64,000 nt of DNA from Candidatus Gottesmanbacteria bacterium (GTDB taxonomy: Bacteria; Patescibacteriota; Microgenomatia; UBA10105; UBA927), in assembly GCA_963790805.1 (NCBI GenBank), contig CAWBPL010000002.1, positions 320,696 to 384,695 of the forward strand, read 5' to 3'. The position numbers were made by a program, and so were the translations under genes. Under the pieces are notes generated by a model. That model worked only from the letters and a program-made list of their open reading frames with translations. It ran no database searches and was not told the DNA's origin. This document shows positions 18,664-28,692 of this stretch, piece by piece; position 1 is the stretch's first letter, and each line of letters begins with the position of its first letter.

Positions 18664-20876
18664 ACAAATACTCCTTGTTGTAAATCATTAACCACCTGTT
18701 TTAATCCATCTTCTCCAAATACTCTTATGGCATACTGTAAACCGCCATGTTGAGATATGGGTGGTTGGTTAAAATCAGAAATATCTGCCTTACTTCCCGC
18801 CAAAAAACGGTTTTTCAACATCCTTAGTATTCTGACCTGCTCGGGTGCAAAATTCTTTTGAATTAACCACGCATCAAATGCTCCACTAACTCGCTCTTCT
18901 CTGGTGGGAAACTTATGAAGTCCGAAGGCTGATTTAACAAAGTCTACTAAATTGCCACTTGGCTGGTCGTAGGCTTGTCTTAGGTTATTTTCATTAAAGA
19001 AAAATTCAGGATGATTTAATAGCTGTGCCAATTCTTGTATCTCCTCATCAGTAATATCTTTTTGTTGTCTAATTTTACCCACAATCTCATGGGTGTCAGC
19101 TAACTTCTTTACCTCGTCAGTAAACTTATCTTTATATTCCTTTGCGTCAACTTTTTCTCCTTCTGGTCCAAACTCAATATACCGTCTTTCCACCCATTCA
19201 TCAGGAGCTTGCCCAAGCGGAATAGTAACAAATTGCCTGACTATTTGTTCTGGGGTTTCTTCTTCTAAACCATCCTCTGTGGTAACTTCTTCTTTTGGTT
19301 TTCTGGTAGCTACTTTTTTCTGCTCAAAAGGGTTGAACCCTTCATCGTTAAAGTATTCTGTGTTTCCAACAAAATCGTAAATTAAAAATTCATTTTTACC
19401 TACTTCTGGACATAGTCTTGCCCCCCGTCCTCTCATCTGTTGATAGAAGATTGGTGAGCGTGTTGGACGACACATCATTAAATTCTCCACCATTGGACAA
19501 TCAAATCCTGTATCAAGCATTGCTACTGAAACCGCAATTACTGGCAGTGGTTCATTTTTAAACCGCTTAATAGCTCTCTGTGGGTCAAAAGTATCAGTGG
19601 TAATAATTTCGGCATATTTACCCTTGTATTCGGGATACACCTCATTGAAAAATCTGGTTAACTGAGCAGCGTGTCTTTTGGTAATTGCAAATACGATAGT
19701 TTTCTTTGGGTGGTCGCCACCTCGTTTTTCTTCATTCTCTTTAAATTCTTGAACAAATAGTTTATTCCTATCCTCAACGGAAATTGTTCTTTCTAAATCT
19801 TGAGGTTCATAATCTTCTCCCTGCCATTTAATACCCTCTAAAGATATCTTTGACCGGGCATGATACACCTTGTAAGGAGCAAGGTAGCCATCGTTTATCC
19901 CTTGGCGTATTCCATAGATAAAAGTGGGTTCTCCCTTTCTGGTTAATGGATTCCAACATCCGAAAAATTCATAGGTATTTCTATCAATTAAATTACTTGG
20001 AGTAGCAGTTAAACCAATATGAATGGCGTCAAAATGAAGAAGTAAAGAACGATAAATACTGTAAATTGACCTATGGCATTCATCCGTTATGACTAAGTCA
20101 AAATAGCCACTCGTAAAAGCGTCTACTTGGGATTGAATTGTTGGAAGAGTGCCAATAACAATCTGTCCTTCCTTACTTCTTTTTCCACCGTATAACACAA
20201 CAGACGGATATTCAGAAAGATAGTCGTCAAAAGTTTCTTTGGCTTGATTCGCCAGTTCAATTCTATCAACCAAGAATAATACCCTTTCAACTAATCCTGC
20301 TTGAAAAAGTCTCTTAATAAGCATGGCGGCAACTAAGGTTTTTCCAGTTCCAGTAGCCATTTCTACCAGCATCCGCCTTTTATTAACCTGTATCGCGGCG
20401 TCTATGGCTCTTAAAGCATCCTGTTGATAAGGTCTGGCGGTTATCTCCTTTCCTATAAAGAAGAATTTCTCGGGAATTGGAATCGTGGAAATTGGTTTTT
20501 GAAACTTTCTTAACGTTGATATTCTTTCCAAATCATATCGGGAAAAGAATGAATCAACTAATCGGGCATCTGCTTGATTATAATCCCAAAAATAGATATC
20601 TTCGCCATTGGAAAGAAAAATAAAGGGAGCTTGTAATTCTCTGGCGTATGTTTCTGCCTGTTCTTTTGCAGCATAAGGGTCTTTACTAAATCGCTTTGCC
20701 TCAATAATGGCTAAAGGTCTACTCCTGCTATCTAAAAGTAAATAATCGGCTCTACCATCTGTTGTCGCTTCTTCTGTTGTCACTTGATTCTTGTCTTCAA
20801 TATCCCAACCCGCTTCTTTTAAGAGCCTATCAATTATTATTCTCGCATCAGCCTCTGAACTATCGTTATTACTCAT
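18660..20876 (-). CDS. hsdR: type I restriction enzyme R subunit (EcoEI-like short form)
   Basis: HSDR_N-type N-terminus, Walker A MATGTGKT, the DECH box, helicase C motifs and an EcoEI_R_C-like tail. Confidence 0.9.
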   Translation of the reverse strand: MSNNDSSEADARIIIDRLLKEAGWDIEDKNQVTTEEATTDGRADYLLLDSRSRPLAIIEAKRFSKDPYAAKEQAETYARELQAPFIFLSNGEDIYFWDYNQADARLVDSFFSRYDLERISTLRKFQKPISTIPIPEKFFFIGKEITARPYQQDALRAIDAAIQVNKRRMLVEMATGTGKTLVAAMLIKRLFQAGLVERVLFLVDRIELANQAKETFDDYLSEYPSVVLYGGKRSKEGQIVIGTLPTIQSQVDAFTSGYFDLVITDECHRSIYSIYRSLLLHFDAIHIGLTATPSNLIDRNTYEFFGCWNPLTRKGEPTFIYGIRQGINDGYLAPYKVYHARSKISLEGIKWQGEDYEPQDLERTISVEDRNKLFVQEFKENEEKRGGDHPKKTIVFAITKRHAAQLTRFFNEVYPEYKGKYAEIITTDTFDPQRAIKRFKNEPLPVIAVSVAMLDTGFDCPMVENLMMCRPTRSPIFYQQMRGRGARLCPEVGKNEFLIYDFVGNTEYFNDEGFNPFEQKKVATRKPKEEVTTEDGLEEETPEQIVRQFVTIPLGQAPDEWVERRYIEFGPEGEKVDAKEYKDKFTDEVKKLADTHEIVGKIRQQKDITDEEIQELAQLLNHPEFFFNENNLRQAYDQPSGNLVDFVKSAFGLHKFPTREERVSGAFDAWLIQKNFAPEQVRILRMLKNRFLAGSKADISDFNQPPISQHGGLQYAIRVFGEDGLKQVVNDLQQGVFV

Positions 20877-20907
20877 ATTTATTTTGATTTTTTATGATGA
20901 TTAACCG

Positions 20908-21096
20908 CTAGGTTCCTTTTTTAATTATTGCTTTTATATCCTCTAACTTATACCTTCTATCACCAACGCCTCGTCTATTACCAATTCTAACGGCTTTTAA
21001 CTTCCCTAGCCTATCCCATCTCCTTAGAGTTTCAGGATTGATACTCAACATTGCTGCTACCTCACGGATTCTAAGCAGTTTAACTTTTTTAGCCAT
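20908..21096 (-). CDS. excisionase/MerR-type HTH DNA-binding protein
   Basis: LRIREVAAMLSINPETLRRWDRLGKLKAVRIG. It is a paralogue of the N-terminus encoded at 58797. Confidence 0.75.
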   Translation of the reverse strand: MAKKVKLLRIREVAAMLSINPETLRRWDRLGKLKAVRIGNRRGVGDRRYKLEDIKAIIKKGT

Positions 21097-21356
21097 ATTT
21101 ACCTTAATAACTTATACAAAATTATACATCTGTACAACGGAAAAAGTAAGAGTAGAAAATAAAAATAACGAAGAAATGCACGAATTTGAATCTAAATTGC
21201 CCAAAACCTCAGGTTACAGCCTATTCAGGCATCTACGGTAGCTAGTTGTAGGTGCCCTAAAACAGTCCAATCCTTGTTTAATGACTTATGGGTTATTATA
21301 TAGAAAAGCTACTTCTTCTCTTTTTTGGCAATTAGCTTAAAAACGACCCGTGGTTT

Positions 21357-21581
21357 TTATACCGTTGAAGGGTAAAGTTCATCAACTTTCACCTGCATAG
21401 TTTTAGCTATTCTGTACAAACTAAAAGACGACGGTGTACGTTTCGCTGTTTCCAACAGGTTGATGTATGTTCGATAAAAACCGCACTGATGCGCCAGCTC
21501 ATCTTGCGTGAGCCGTTTCTGCATTCTTTTTTCCCTAATGTTATTTCCGACTATCTGCGTGAACTTTTGTTTGCTTAGCAT
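21357..21581 (-). CDS. XRE-family HTH transcriptional regulator
   Basis: IREKRMQKRLTQDELAHQCGFYRTYINLLE. Confidence 0.8.
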   Translation of the reverse strand: MLSKQKFTQIVGNNIREKRMQKRLTQDELAHQCGFYRTYINLLETAKRTPSSFSLYRIAKTMQVKVDELYPSTV

Positions 21582-21594
21582 ACGATTTACTTGT

Positions 21595-21646
21595 AGCTAT
21601 ATACGCACAACAGTACAACGCACTATTAGTAGATTTGTCTATTGAT
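21595..21646 (+). promoter_or_regulatory. 52-nt duplicated promoter/operator, copy 1
   Basis: 49 of 52 nt are identical to 22547-22598. It contains the TACTA-T-TAGTA palindrome and is followed by TTGATT-N17-TATAAT. Confidence 0.6.
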
Positions 21647-21706
21647 TTGGTTTATATAGCAATTTATAATTGCGATTAAGCTCGTCATCATATTATTGAG
21701 ATTATT

Positions 21707-22498
21707 ATGATTGAAGCATTTGGAGTTATAGCGTTCTTACTTAGTATCTGTTCTTTTGTCTGCATTATCGTGGCCATTATTAAACCCGCTATATTTACTA
21801 GCCTCTTCAAAAAAAACTTAGGCAGAAAAAAGACAAGTTTAGTATTTGCAGGAGTAACACTTGCGTTATTCGTGATTGCTATTGTCTTAGCAATGAATAG
21901 TCCTACATCTTCTACCGAATCGCCGCAGAAAAATAATGGACAGGTTACAAACAATACTGTAACAGTAAAACCGTCTTTTACGTCAACGCCCACGCCGTCA
22001 ATAACTTCAACGAATTCATCAATTACACCTGAAGAAATAGCATACCAAACGAAAATGAAATCTATCGTCCAGCGTTTGGAAACGGAGAACAATTCGTTGG
22101 ATTATTCGCAACCGAATACATATATACAAGCTGAACCTATCCTTGCGGATTTAGCCTCAGAAACCAGCACGATGTCAGCAGCAGTGCCCAAACGGTACGC
22201 AACATACCACGATTACGTCAACAGCCTAGCTTGGATGCTTGACGCTGCGGTTAAGAATATCGCCGACCCTAAATCTTACGGTTATTTGATAGAAAGTCCT
22301 TGTTCGTTAATTGCTGTTTCATATTCCGATAATTTTCTCAAGGTGGCGGAAAACATAAAGCCAGTAGGTAGTAGTGATACTGTTGGAGACCCGAAGTTAG
22401 TTGGTGGTGCTGACACTTATGGTGATGATACAACGCTGATGAACCGACTTATGGGGGATATTAATGGCAATCCATACATGAAACAAGATTGCGAATAA
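21707..22498 (+). CDS. membrane-anchored protein, paralogous TM module A
   Basis: The N-terminal 85 aa are homologous to residues of the next gene (ICSFVCI...FKKNLGRK...VFAG.TLAL). Confidence 0.6.
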   Translation: MIEAFGVIAFLLSICSFVCIIVAIIKPAIFTSLFKKNLGRKKTSLVFAGVTLALFVIAIVLAMNSPTSSTESPQKNNGQVTNNTVTVKPSFTSTPTPSITSTNSSITPEEIAYQTKMKSIVQRLETENNSLDYSQPNTYIQAEPILADLASETSTMSAAVPKRYATYHDYVNSLAWMLDAAVKNIADPKSYGYLIESPCSLIAVSYSDNFLKVAENIKPVGSSDTVGDPKLVGGADTYGDDTTLMNRLMGDINGNPYMKQDCE

Positions 22499-22546
22499 AC
22501 CATATGGAAAGTATTTTTTCACTACTGATTGTAGCTTCATTCATCT

Positions 22547-22598
22547 AGCTATATACGCACAACAGTGCAACGTACTATTAGTAGATTTATCTATTGAT
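22547..22598 (+). promoter_or_regulatory. 52-nt duplicated promoter/operator, copy 2
   Basis: See copy 1. It is followed by TTGATA-N15-TATAAT. Confidence 0.6.
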
Positions 22599-22641
22599 AT
22601 GCCCTTCAGGAGGGTATAATATCTCAATTAAGCGATTATAT

Positions 22642-24123
22642 ATGGACAATCAAAAGACTCCTGACAAAGCACGCTTAGGTATTTTTGAACGGATGCAGCA
22701 ATCTCGCGCGGAACGCAAAGCGAAATATGAAGAAAAGGTAGCCCAAGAAAGAAAACGGAGATTCGGTATCCTCTCCGGCAACCTAACAGATGTCCCCACG
22801 TCTGTGCACCTCAAAGACGGAGAGAAAGCATATCATATGTTTTCGACACAGCGGTATGCTGATTCCGATTATGTCGAGACGTACACGTCCGGCACAGACA
22901 AAAAGAAAGGGGTTGTTGGCCGAGCATTCGTTGGAAATATCCTATTTGGTCCCGCCGGAGCTATTATCGGTGGCGTTACTGCGGGAAGCAAAAACCAGTC
23001 CACTACGACACAACAGAAAATTGTCCGGACGGAACCAATAGATTCCGGTGATATATTGTTTACCAACAAGCGCGTGTTATTTGTCGGGAAAGAAATCATT
23101 GAAATCCCATACGCCGAGATACTCTCCGTAAGTTATGAAGATGTGATACTGGAACATAAAGAGCGTATACCCATGATGTATATAAAATACTCATCCATGC
23201 TTAAGGGGGAATGCTACGCCGTGGAAAACAATGGGGACACCGCACTATACTACCAAGGGCTAATGCGCCTCATTGGTCGGGACAAAACCACGATAAAAGA
23301 AGCTGATATTAAAGTAGATGGGACAAGTTTCGAAGGTTTGGAGTTCCTTCGTCTAATCGGTTTTATATTGCTGATTCTCGTTGTTATTGGCGCTATTTAC
23401 GGTGTCATAACGCACTGGAACGCAACAACGTCTGAAGCATTAGGTGTTATTTCACTCTTACTAATGATTTGTTCTTTTGTCTGCATTTTTGTGGGGATGA
23501 TTGTACCCGCTGCGTTTACCGGACTCTTCAAGAAAAACTTAGGAAGGAAAACCACGGGCTTGGTGTTTGCCGGAACGACATTGGCATTATTGATACTGTC
23601 AATGGTTCTGATTGTGAATAGCCCAAAATCTTCTGGCAATTCACCGCAGGAAAACAGCGGGACAGCAACAACCAATACCGGAATAGTACAACCATCCATT
23701 ACAATAATGCCTACACCAACTCCTGAACCCTGCGCGGACCAAATAGGAACAAAAAATTACGCATCTTGCGAAGTGACATTACAAACGCAAGACGAACTCT
23801 CCCGTCCACTTAATGTAACCGTTCGGGCGGATAATAATGCGGTTTACATAACAAATCCTGCGAGTACAAAATTAGCTCAATGTGATGTTACCGTTGGAAC
23901 AGACCCGACTGCCGATAACTATATTTCTGACGGGTTCGTTGTAAATGCCGGACAAACAGTTGATGTGGGCTGGGGAAATATGGCGAACGAAGAAAACCAA
24001 CGATTCAACTACTACACCACGAAGCCGGACTCAGTAAGCATAGCCTGTACGGTCGGCGGGACAACAAACAAAGACGGTTCGTATACGGGCGGCGAAACGC
24101 ATCGGTCCAATTTCAATTTTTAA
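22642..24123 (+). CDS. membrane protein with an N-terminal cytosolic PH-like domain and a C-terminal extracytosolic domain
   Basis: I moved the start to MDNQKT, downstream of the TATAAT. GDILFTNKRVLFVGKEIIEIPY resembles a bacterial PH (bPH) domain, and the central TM module is a paralogue of 21707. Confidence 0.6.
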   Translation: MDNQKTPDKARLGIFERMQQSRAERKAKYEEKVAQERKRRFGILSGNLTDVPTSVHLKDGEKAYHMFSTQRYADSDYVETYTSGTDKKKGVVGRAFVGNILFGPAGAIIGGVTAGSKNQSTTTQQKIVRTEPIDSGDILFTNKRVLFVGKEIIEIPYAEILSVSYEDVILEHKERIPMMYIKYSSMLKGECYAVENNGDTALYYQGLMRLIGRDKTTIKEADIKVDGTSFEGLEFLRLIGFILLILVVIGAIYGVITHWNATTSEALGVISLLLMICSFVCIFVGMIVPAAFTGLFKKNLGRKTTGLVFAGTTLALLILSMVLIVNSPKSSGNSPQENSGTATTNTGIVQPSITIMPTPTPEPCADQIGTKNYASCEVTLQTQDELSRPLNVTVRADNNAVYITNPASTKLAQCDVTVGTDPTADNYISDGFVVNAGQTVDVGWGNMANEENQRFNYYTTKPDSVSIACTVGGTTNKDGSYTGGETHRSNFNF

Positions 24124-24214
24124 TAGTTACAGTCAATTACTTTAACCCTCCGTAAAGTCGCATAACTTCGATAAAGGAAAGGATTACATAACACACTACT
24201 TCTGTTCTTTTAGT

Positions 24215-24529
24215 ATGCAATCTCAAATCAATCAGATTGTAGCTCCATCTGCTCGGTACATTCTTGCCGATGGTAGTACGGTTACTGCTGGAATTCATGC
24301 TGTTAATTATCAATCGCCTGCTGGTGTTATGCCGGTAGTTGGTGATTTCTTCATCAATCCTAGCATTCCATACCCCTACAATGCTGTAGGTTCATCCGGT
24401 GCAGAAGGTGCAGCAGAGTCTGATATCTACTTATTGCAGGTACCAGAGCTTGAAATGGCTGATTTGATGCCAGTTGGACGGACAGAGCTTGCTAAAGTTG
24501 CAAAACTTTATATTAAATTTTCAACGTGA
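24215..24529 (+). CDS. hypothetical protein
   Basis: 104-aa ORF. Confidence 0.4.
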   Translation: MQSQINQIVAPSARYILADGSTVTAGIHAVNYQSPAGVMPVVGDFFINPSIPYPYNAVGSSGAEGAAESDIYLLQVPELEMADLMPVGRTELAKVAKLYIKFST

Positions 24530-25286
24530 CTTTTTCTGCAATTGGTAGGTTTAACAAAGAACGTGTAGATACCCAATCATAAACATATCCATATTTCAGC
24601 GCTAATAGTTCTTGCAATTCAAAAACGGTATCTATGTAACTTTTCTTCTTAAAACCAATCAGCTCTTTATGGTGGGTCCGACAGAGCGTGATTAAATTTC
24701 GCAGGTTATGTGCAGTATTGTCTTGTTGTTCCACTGGGAACCGTCGGACGTCAATGATGTGATGCACCTCTAAATTTTCTTGGATACCACAAAGCAAACA
24801 AACATTCTGGTCACGTTCACTGGCTCTAACTTTTTGGTCAACCTCATATTTTATCCTGTAGTTTTTACGGGGGTGAAGTTTTAATTCGGCATACGAAGAA
24901 TACCCATATGACTTAGCGACACTATCTTGAATTTTTTTTAATTCAGCGCCAGTACGCTTTTGTCCCCTATTGGATTCGGCACGCTTTTTAATGGTTTCAG
25001 GTTTCCAGGTAAAACCTTCTTTCCAAAAAGCCATTCTTTTCTTAATAACCTCTTTAGACTGATGCGTCCCTCGTCTCGGCGCTGCACTCTTCTCAATGTC
25101 TTCCGCCGAACGTTTTTTACCCTTTAAAGCTCTTCTTACGACTTCATCGTGTTCGGGTGACCTTATCCAACATGGATTGGAACAGTACTTACCTCGCGTA
25201 TCCCGTTTTAAAGGAAATCTTGTACCACAGTTTAAACAAATTTTGTATACCAACTGTCCATTTATTCGCTTGTACTTGTCTGACAT
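24513..25286 (-). CDS. HNH endonuclease with NUMOD3-like repeats
   Basis: CLLCG...LEVHHII...NLITLCRTHHKEL, plus repeated G-x-H/K-x-S/P-E-x-I-KK-R motifs and N-terminal Cys pairs. Confidence 0.85.
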   Translation of the reverse strand: MSDKYKRINGQLVYKICLNCGTRFPLKRDTRGKYCSNPCWIRSPEHDEVVRRALKGKKRSAEDIEKSAAPRRGTHQSKEVIKKRMAFWKEGFTWKPETIKKRAESNRGQKRTGAELKKIQDSVAKSYGYSSYAELKLHPRKNYRIKYEVDQKVRASERDQNVCLLCGIQENLEVHHIIDVRRFPVEQQDNTAHNLRNLITLCRTHHKELIGFKKKSYIDTVFELQELLALKYGYVYDWVSTRSLLNLPIAEKVTLKI

Positions 25287-25855
25287 ATTTCTGGGTTGAT
25301 TATACGCCTGTCTCTACGTAATGGCATTGCCGGAGACCATCATTGTCCCACGGAGAGATTTATCTACTCCAAGACGAGATTATACGCAAACTTACGTTTT
25401 TTGTTTAACATTTCGTAATTTCTATTGTCAAAACCTCTGACTCCCACACAAGTTTTTCCAAATGATTCTTTTTTATTGTCAAGATATCAGTTTGTGATTG
25501 GTTTAGGTTGTCCTGACAACACTTTATAACATTATAATTTAACTTTAGAAACGAAAACGTGCGTTACCATTGGACAAACGCCAAGCGAAGGGCATAGACA
25601 AACAAATTGAAAAATCAGCCGATAACCCATTTTTACACATGCGGAGTTTAGTCAACTTCGCAAGACTGATTTTTCAGCTCCGCAGGTGTAAGAATGGTTT
25701 TTTTATGGATACAAATAGCAACAAAAACATTAAAAAGAATTCCAGCCCACTAGACATAGCCGCAGAGCAATGGGTCAATCTAGTGCTGGCGCATATTACG
25801 TATAAACAGACCAATAAAAATAACCATTTCGATAAAAATAAAAAGGAGCATAAAT

Positions 25856-26101
25856 ATGGCCAACTTATCAACATTTAAAACGGACAACTTCCAACTTGCT
25901 AGTTACCTTCTGTGCGAAGGGTGTCGGATTATTTCGGTAGATAAGACGAACCCACGCCGAGTAGTTTTTGTTTTCACGGAAACAAAACAACGGCTACTTC
26001 TAACCCAAAAATTCCTTTCCTATGAAACGCTTGTGGAACCCCATAAGTTTTTTTCTGCCCAGAAAGACATAAAACAGTTGATTTATTCCAATAATTCATA
26101 A
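25856..26101 (+). CDS. small phage/plasmid-like protein (DUF5659-like)
   Basis: FKTDNFQLASYLLCEGCRIISVDKTNPRRVVFVF pattern. The family assignment is from memory. Confidence 0.45.
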   Translation: MANLSTFKTDNFQLASYLLCEGCRIISVDKTNPRRVVFVFTETKQRLLLTQKFLSYETLVEPHKFFSAQKDIKQLIYSNNS

Positions 26102-26107
26102 ATAAAA

Positions 26108-26302
26108 ATGAGAACCAACAAAATAGCCCTAAAAAAAGAGATAAAGAATTTGAAAAATGCAATTGCTGGTAAGTGTCTGGATTGTGTCTGCTGTAAACCG
26201 AAAGAAATTCTTACGTGCCAAATTTCCGACTGTCCCTTATGGAAATACAGGCCATCTAAGGCACGAGGGCTATATGTACTCATGAAGAAGGTAAGAAAAT
26301 AA
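26108..26302 (+). CDS. small Cys-rich protein
   Basis: CLDCVCC...CQISDCPLW. 64 aa. Confidence 0.4.
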   Translation: MRTNKIALKKEIKNLKNAIAGKCLDCVCCKPKEILTCQISDCPLWKYRPSKARGLYVLMKKVRK

Positions 26303-26366
26303 AATCTTGGATTTCCTGAAGCTAAAAATTGAAGATTTTAGCTCACATTTAACAATAAATATAACT

Positions 26367-26687
26367 ATGAAATTTTACACAATAATACCAAATGAAATTT
26401 TTGAAAAATCAGACTTATCAATTCAGGAAAGGTTTCTCTATTGTTTGTTATTAAAATACTGCGGACAGAAAACTATATGCTTTCCAAGTCAAAAAACAAT
26501 AAGCAAAATTCTCGGAATATCCGAAAGACATACAAGAACTTTAATTGCCAGATTGATAAAAGTAGGAATTGTGTCTAGTAGAAGGCGTGGCTGGAACCGA
26601 ACCAACACCTATACAGTCTCTAAAGATTTAGTAATAGACAGGAAACAGGGTTCCTGTCATTTAGGAAGTCTGCTTCCAATCTATTAA
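26367..26687 (+). CDS. HTH domain protein (replication/regulatory, phage-like)
   Basis: FPSQKTISKILGISERHTRTLIARLIKVGIV looks like a winged-helix/HTH. The start is set at MKFYTIIPNE. Confidence 0.55.
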   Translation: MKFYTIIPNEIFEKSDLSIQERFLYCLLLKYCGQKTICFPSQKTISKILGISERHTRTLIARLIKVGIVSSRRRGWNRTNTYTVSKDLVIDRKQGSCHLGSLLPIY

Positions 26688-26857
26688 GGAATTACAAATC
26701 CCCCTATAAGTACTTATCTAAAAGAAAAAATAAAACGTATAGGAAAGGATTAGAGAGATTACGACTAACAACAGACAAAGTTTGATAAAACAACAAAGAT
26801 TACTTGATAAAGAGACCAAAAGAATATATAATTAAGTATAAGTTATTGAGGCTAATT

Positions 26858-27070
26858 ATGATACATAATAAACTCGACTTAAAAGACCTTTTTGCTCAGG
26901 CAAGAGCTATCCATTTCGCTATGAAAAACGGGGCTATAACGTACCAACAAGCTCAATTACGCACCCTACCCGCTCTTAACATCTTGAACAAAAAGGCTAG
27001 GTTGATTGCGAAAAAACATGGTGCGACTCCTAAGTTAATTACATTCCAAGATTTAGGGAGGTGTTTATGA
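26858..27070 (+). CDS. small hypothetical protein upstream of the recombinase
   Basis: Its ORF overlaps the recombinase start. The start choice is uncertain. Confidence 0.35.
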   Translation: MIHNKLDLKDLFAQARAIHFAMKNGAITYQQAQLRTLPALNILNKKARLIAKKHGATPKLITFQDLGRCL

Positions 27071-28692
27071 AAAATTGTTACGCTTACGTACGGGTATCAA
27101 CGGAAGAACAAAAAAATAAGGGCTACTCCCCAGATAACCAAATTAGGCAGCTAAGAGACTATGCCCAAACGCATGAGTATCATATTAAAAAAATCTTTGA
27201 TGACAGCGGAAGAAGCGGTCGGTCAACTGTACATAGATATGAACTTCTAAATCTCCTAGAAGCAATTGAAAAAACTCCCGTAGATGCTCTTATAATTTAC
27301 AAAATTGACAGGCTTTGCCGCAATGTAACGGATTTTTCAAAAATGTATAACGACTTCAAGGCAAAGGGTATTAAAATACTTTCTGTAAATGAAGGCGACT
27401 TAATGGAAGGAAACAGCCTAATTCCAAATATATTTGCAAGTGTTGCTCAATGGGAAAGCGAAACCAATTCATCAAGGACAAAGGATGCTTTGATGGAGAA
27501 GTTTGAACAGGGGTGGATGCCAATTCGACCGCCGTTAGGCTATCGAAGCGTTGGGGGCAAAGACGAGAAAAAAACCTGCGAACCTGACCCATTTGAAGCT
27601 CCTGTTATCAGAGAGCTGTTTGAGATTTACGGAACGGGAAATTATTCAATCCTGGCATTAAAGGAGTGGCTAGAGGAAAAAAATATCATTTCCCGAAACG
27701 GTACTCCGCTTGGAGATTCAGTAATGGATAATATGCTTCGGAACCCTTTCTATTACGGACTTATCCGATGGCATGGTCAGTCAAAAATTGGCAAACATAT
27801 CCCTATTATCAGTAAAGAACTTTTTAACACGTGCCAGTACGTTTTAGCAAAACATCGAAGTTTTCTTTTAAGGCGTAGGGTGCATGACTTCCTACTGCGG
27901 GGGTTTATTTTCTGTTCCGAGTGCGGGCAACGATATACCGCCGAATGGCATAAAGATGCTAAAAAATTAGTAAAACGAGGCGGGCGAATTGCTTACTACC
28001 ATTGCCAGAAACGCGAAAGTAATGGTTGTCCCGCTCCGTATGTGGAAATGACGGATTTGGAATCACAGGTTGAGCAGGAAATGCAGAATATGCAGTTTAG
28101 TCAGGAATTTATTGAGGCGGTGGTAAAAAAAGCGAAAGAGATAGTTGAAAATAGTCGCAAAAGCTCTCAATCAGTAAAACAAGGGGTTATAAACCAAAAA
28201 ACAGCTTTGGAGGAAAAACGCAATAAACTTGAGGACGCTCTTTTGGACGGAATCTTAGACCGAGAAACTTTCAAAAGAAAACATGAAGAAATTCAGGGTA
28301 AAATTGCTAACCTAGATAACCAAGTACAGGACGTGGAAAATAAAAACCACCTAGACGTTGACCTGATTGAAGAAGTCTTATCTTTCACAAGAAATATATA
28401 CCAAACGTATAAGAGTGCCCCGCCGTTCCTTAAACGGCACTACCTAAGATTCTTTTACGAAAAGCTCATTGTTAAAAATAAGCTGATTTACCAAACAATA
28501 CCCACCCCGATTTTCTTGTCCTTACAAGATAATCGCGGGCTTATAATAAGAAAACTCAGCTCCCCCGGCAGGATTCGAACCTGCAACCTTCTTCTTACAG
28601 TTTGCTTTCTGTTACCAAAAAGGCTGGACTATCTTATCATCCCGATAAAATCGGGAGTCGGGTATATAGTCTCTACACATTTATCCACCTAA
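27067..28692 (+). CDS. large serine recombinase (resolvase-type N-terminus, recombinase and zinc-ribbon domains, coiled coil)
   Basis: YAYVRVSTEEQ has the catalytic Ser motif. It also has RLCRN, a Cys cluster CSECG...CQKRESNGC and a long coiled-coil region, with GGGAGG 5 nt before the ATG. The last 45 or so codons are antisense to the tRNA-Asn. Confidence 0.85.
   Translation: MKNCYAYVRVSTEEQKNKGYSPDNQIRQLRDYAQTHEYHIKKIFDDSGRSGRSTVHRYELLNLLEAIEKTPVDALIIYKIDRLCRNVTDFSKMYNDFKAKGIKILSVNEGDLMEGNSLIPNIFASVAQWESETNSSRTKDALMEKFEQGWMPIRPPLGYRSVGGKDEKKTCEPDPFEAPVIRELFEIYGTGNYSILALKEWLEEKNIISRNGTPLGDSVMDNMLRNPFYYGLIRWHGQSKIGKHIPIISKELFNTCQYVLAKHRSFLLRRRVHDFLLRGFIFCSECGQRYTAEWHKDAKKLVKRGGRIAYYHCQKRESNGCPAPYVEMTDLESQVEQEMQNMQFSQEFIEAVVKKAKEIVENSRKSSQSVKQGVINQKTALEEKRNKLEDALLDGILDRETFKRKHEEIQGKIANLDNQVQDVENKNHLDVDLIEEVLSFTRNIYQTYKSAPPFLKRHYLRFFYEKLIVKNKLIYQTIPTPIFLSLQDNRGLIIRKLSSPGRIRTCNLLLTVCFLLPKRLDYLIIPIKSGVGYIVSTHLST

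Noticed and set aside
25570-25878. The 102-aa ORF (TTG start) and its antisense partner at 25674-25874
   Set aside because: There is no ATG or SD, the sequence is Lys/Asn-rich and low-complexity, and the ORF overlaps the better-supported 25856-26101 gene. There is not enough evidence to call it.
28560-28692. The C-terminal 45 or so residues of the recombinase ORF as a genuine conserved protein segment
   Set aside because: This segment is the exact antisense of the tRNA-Asn 3' exon and intron. It may still be translated, but it is more likely a by-product of the junction. I kept the ORF end as annotated and flagged the issue.
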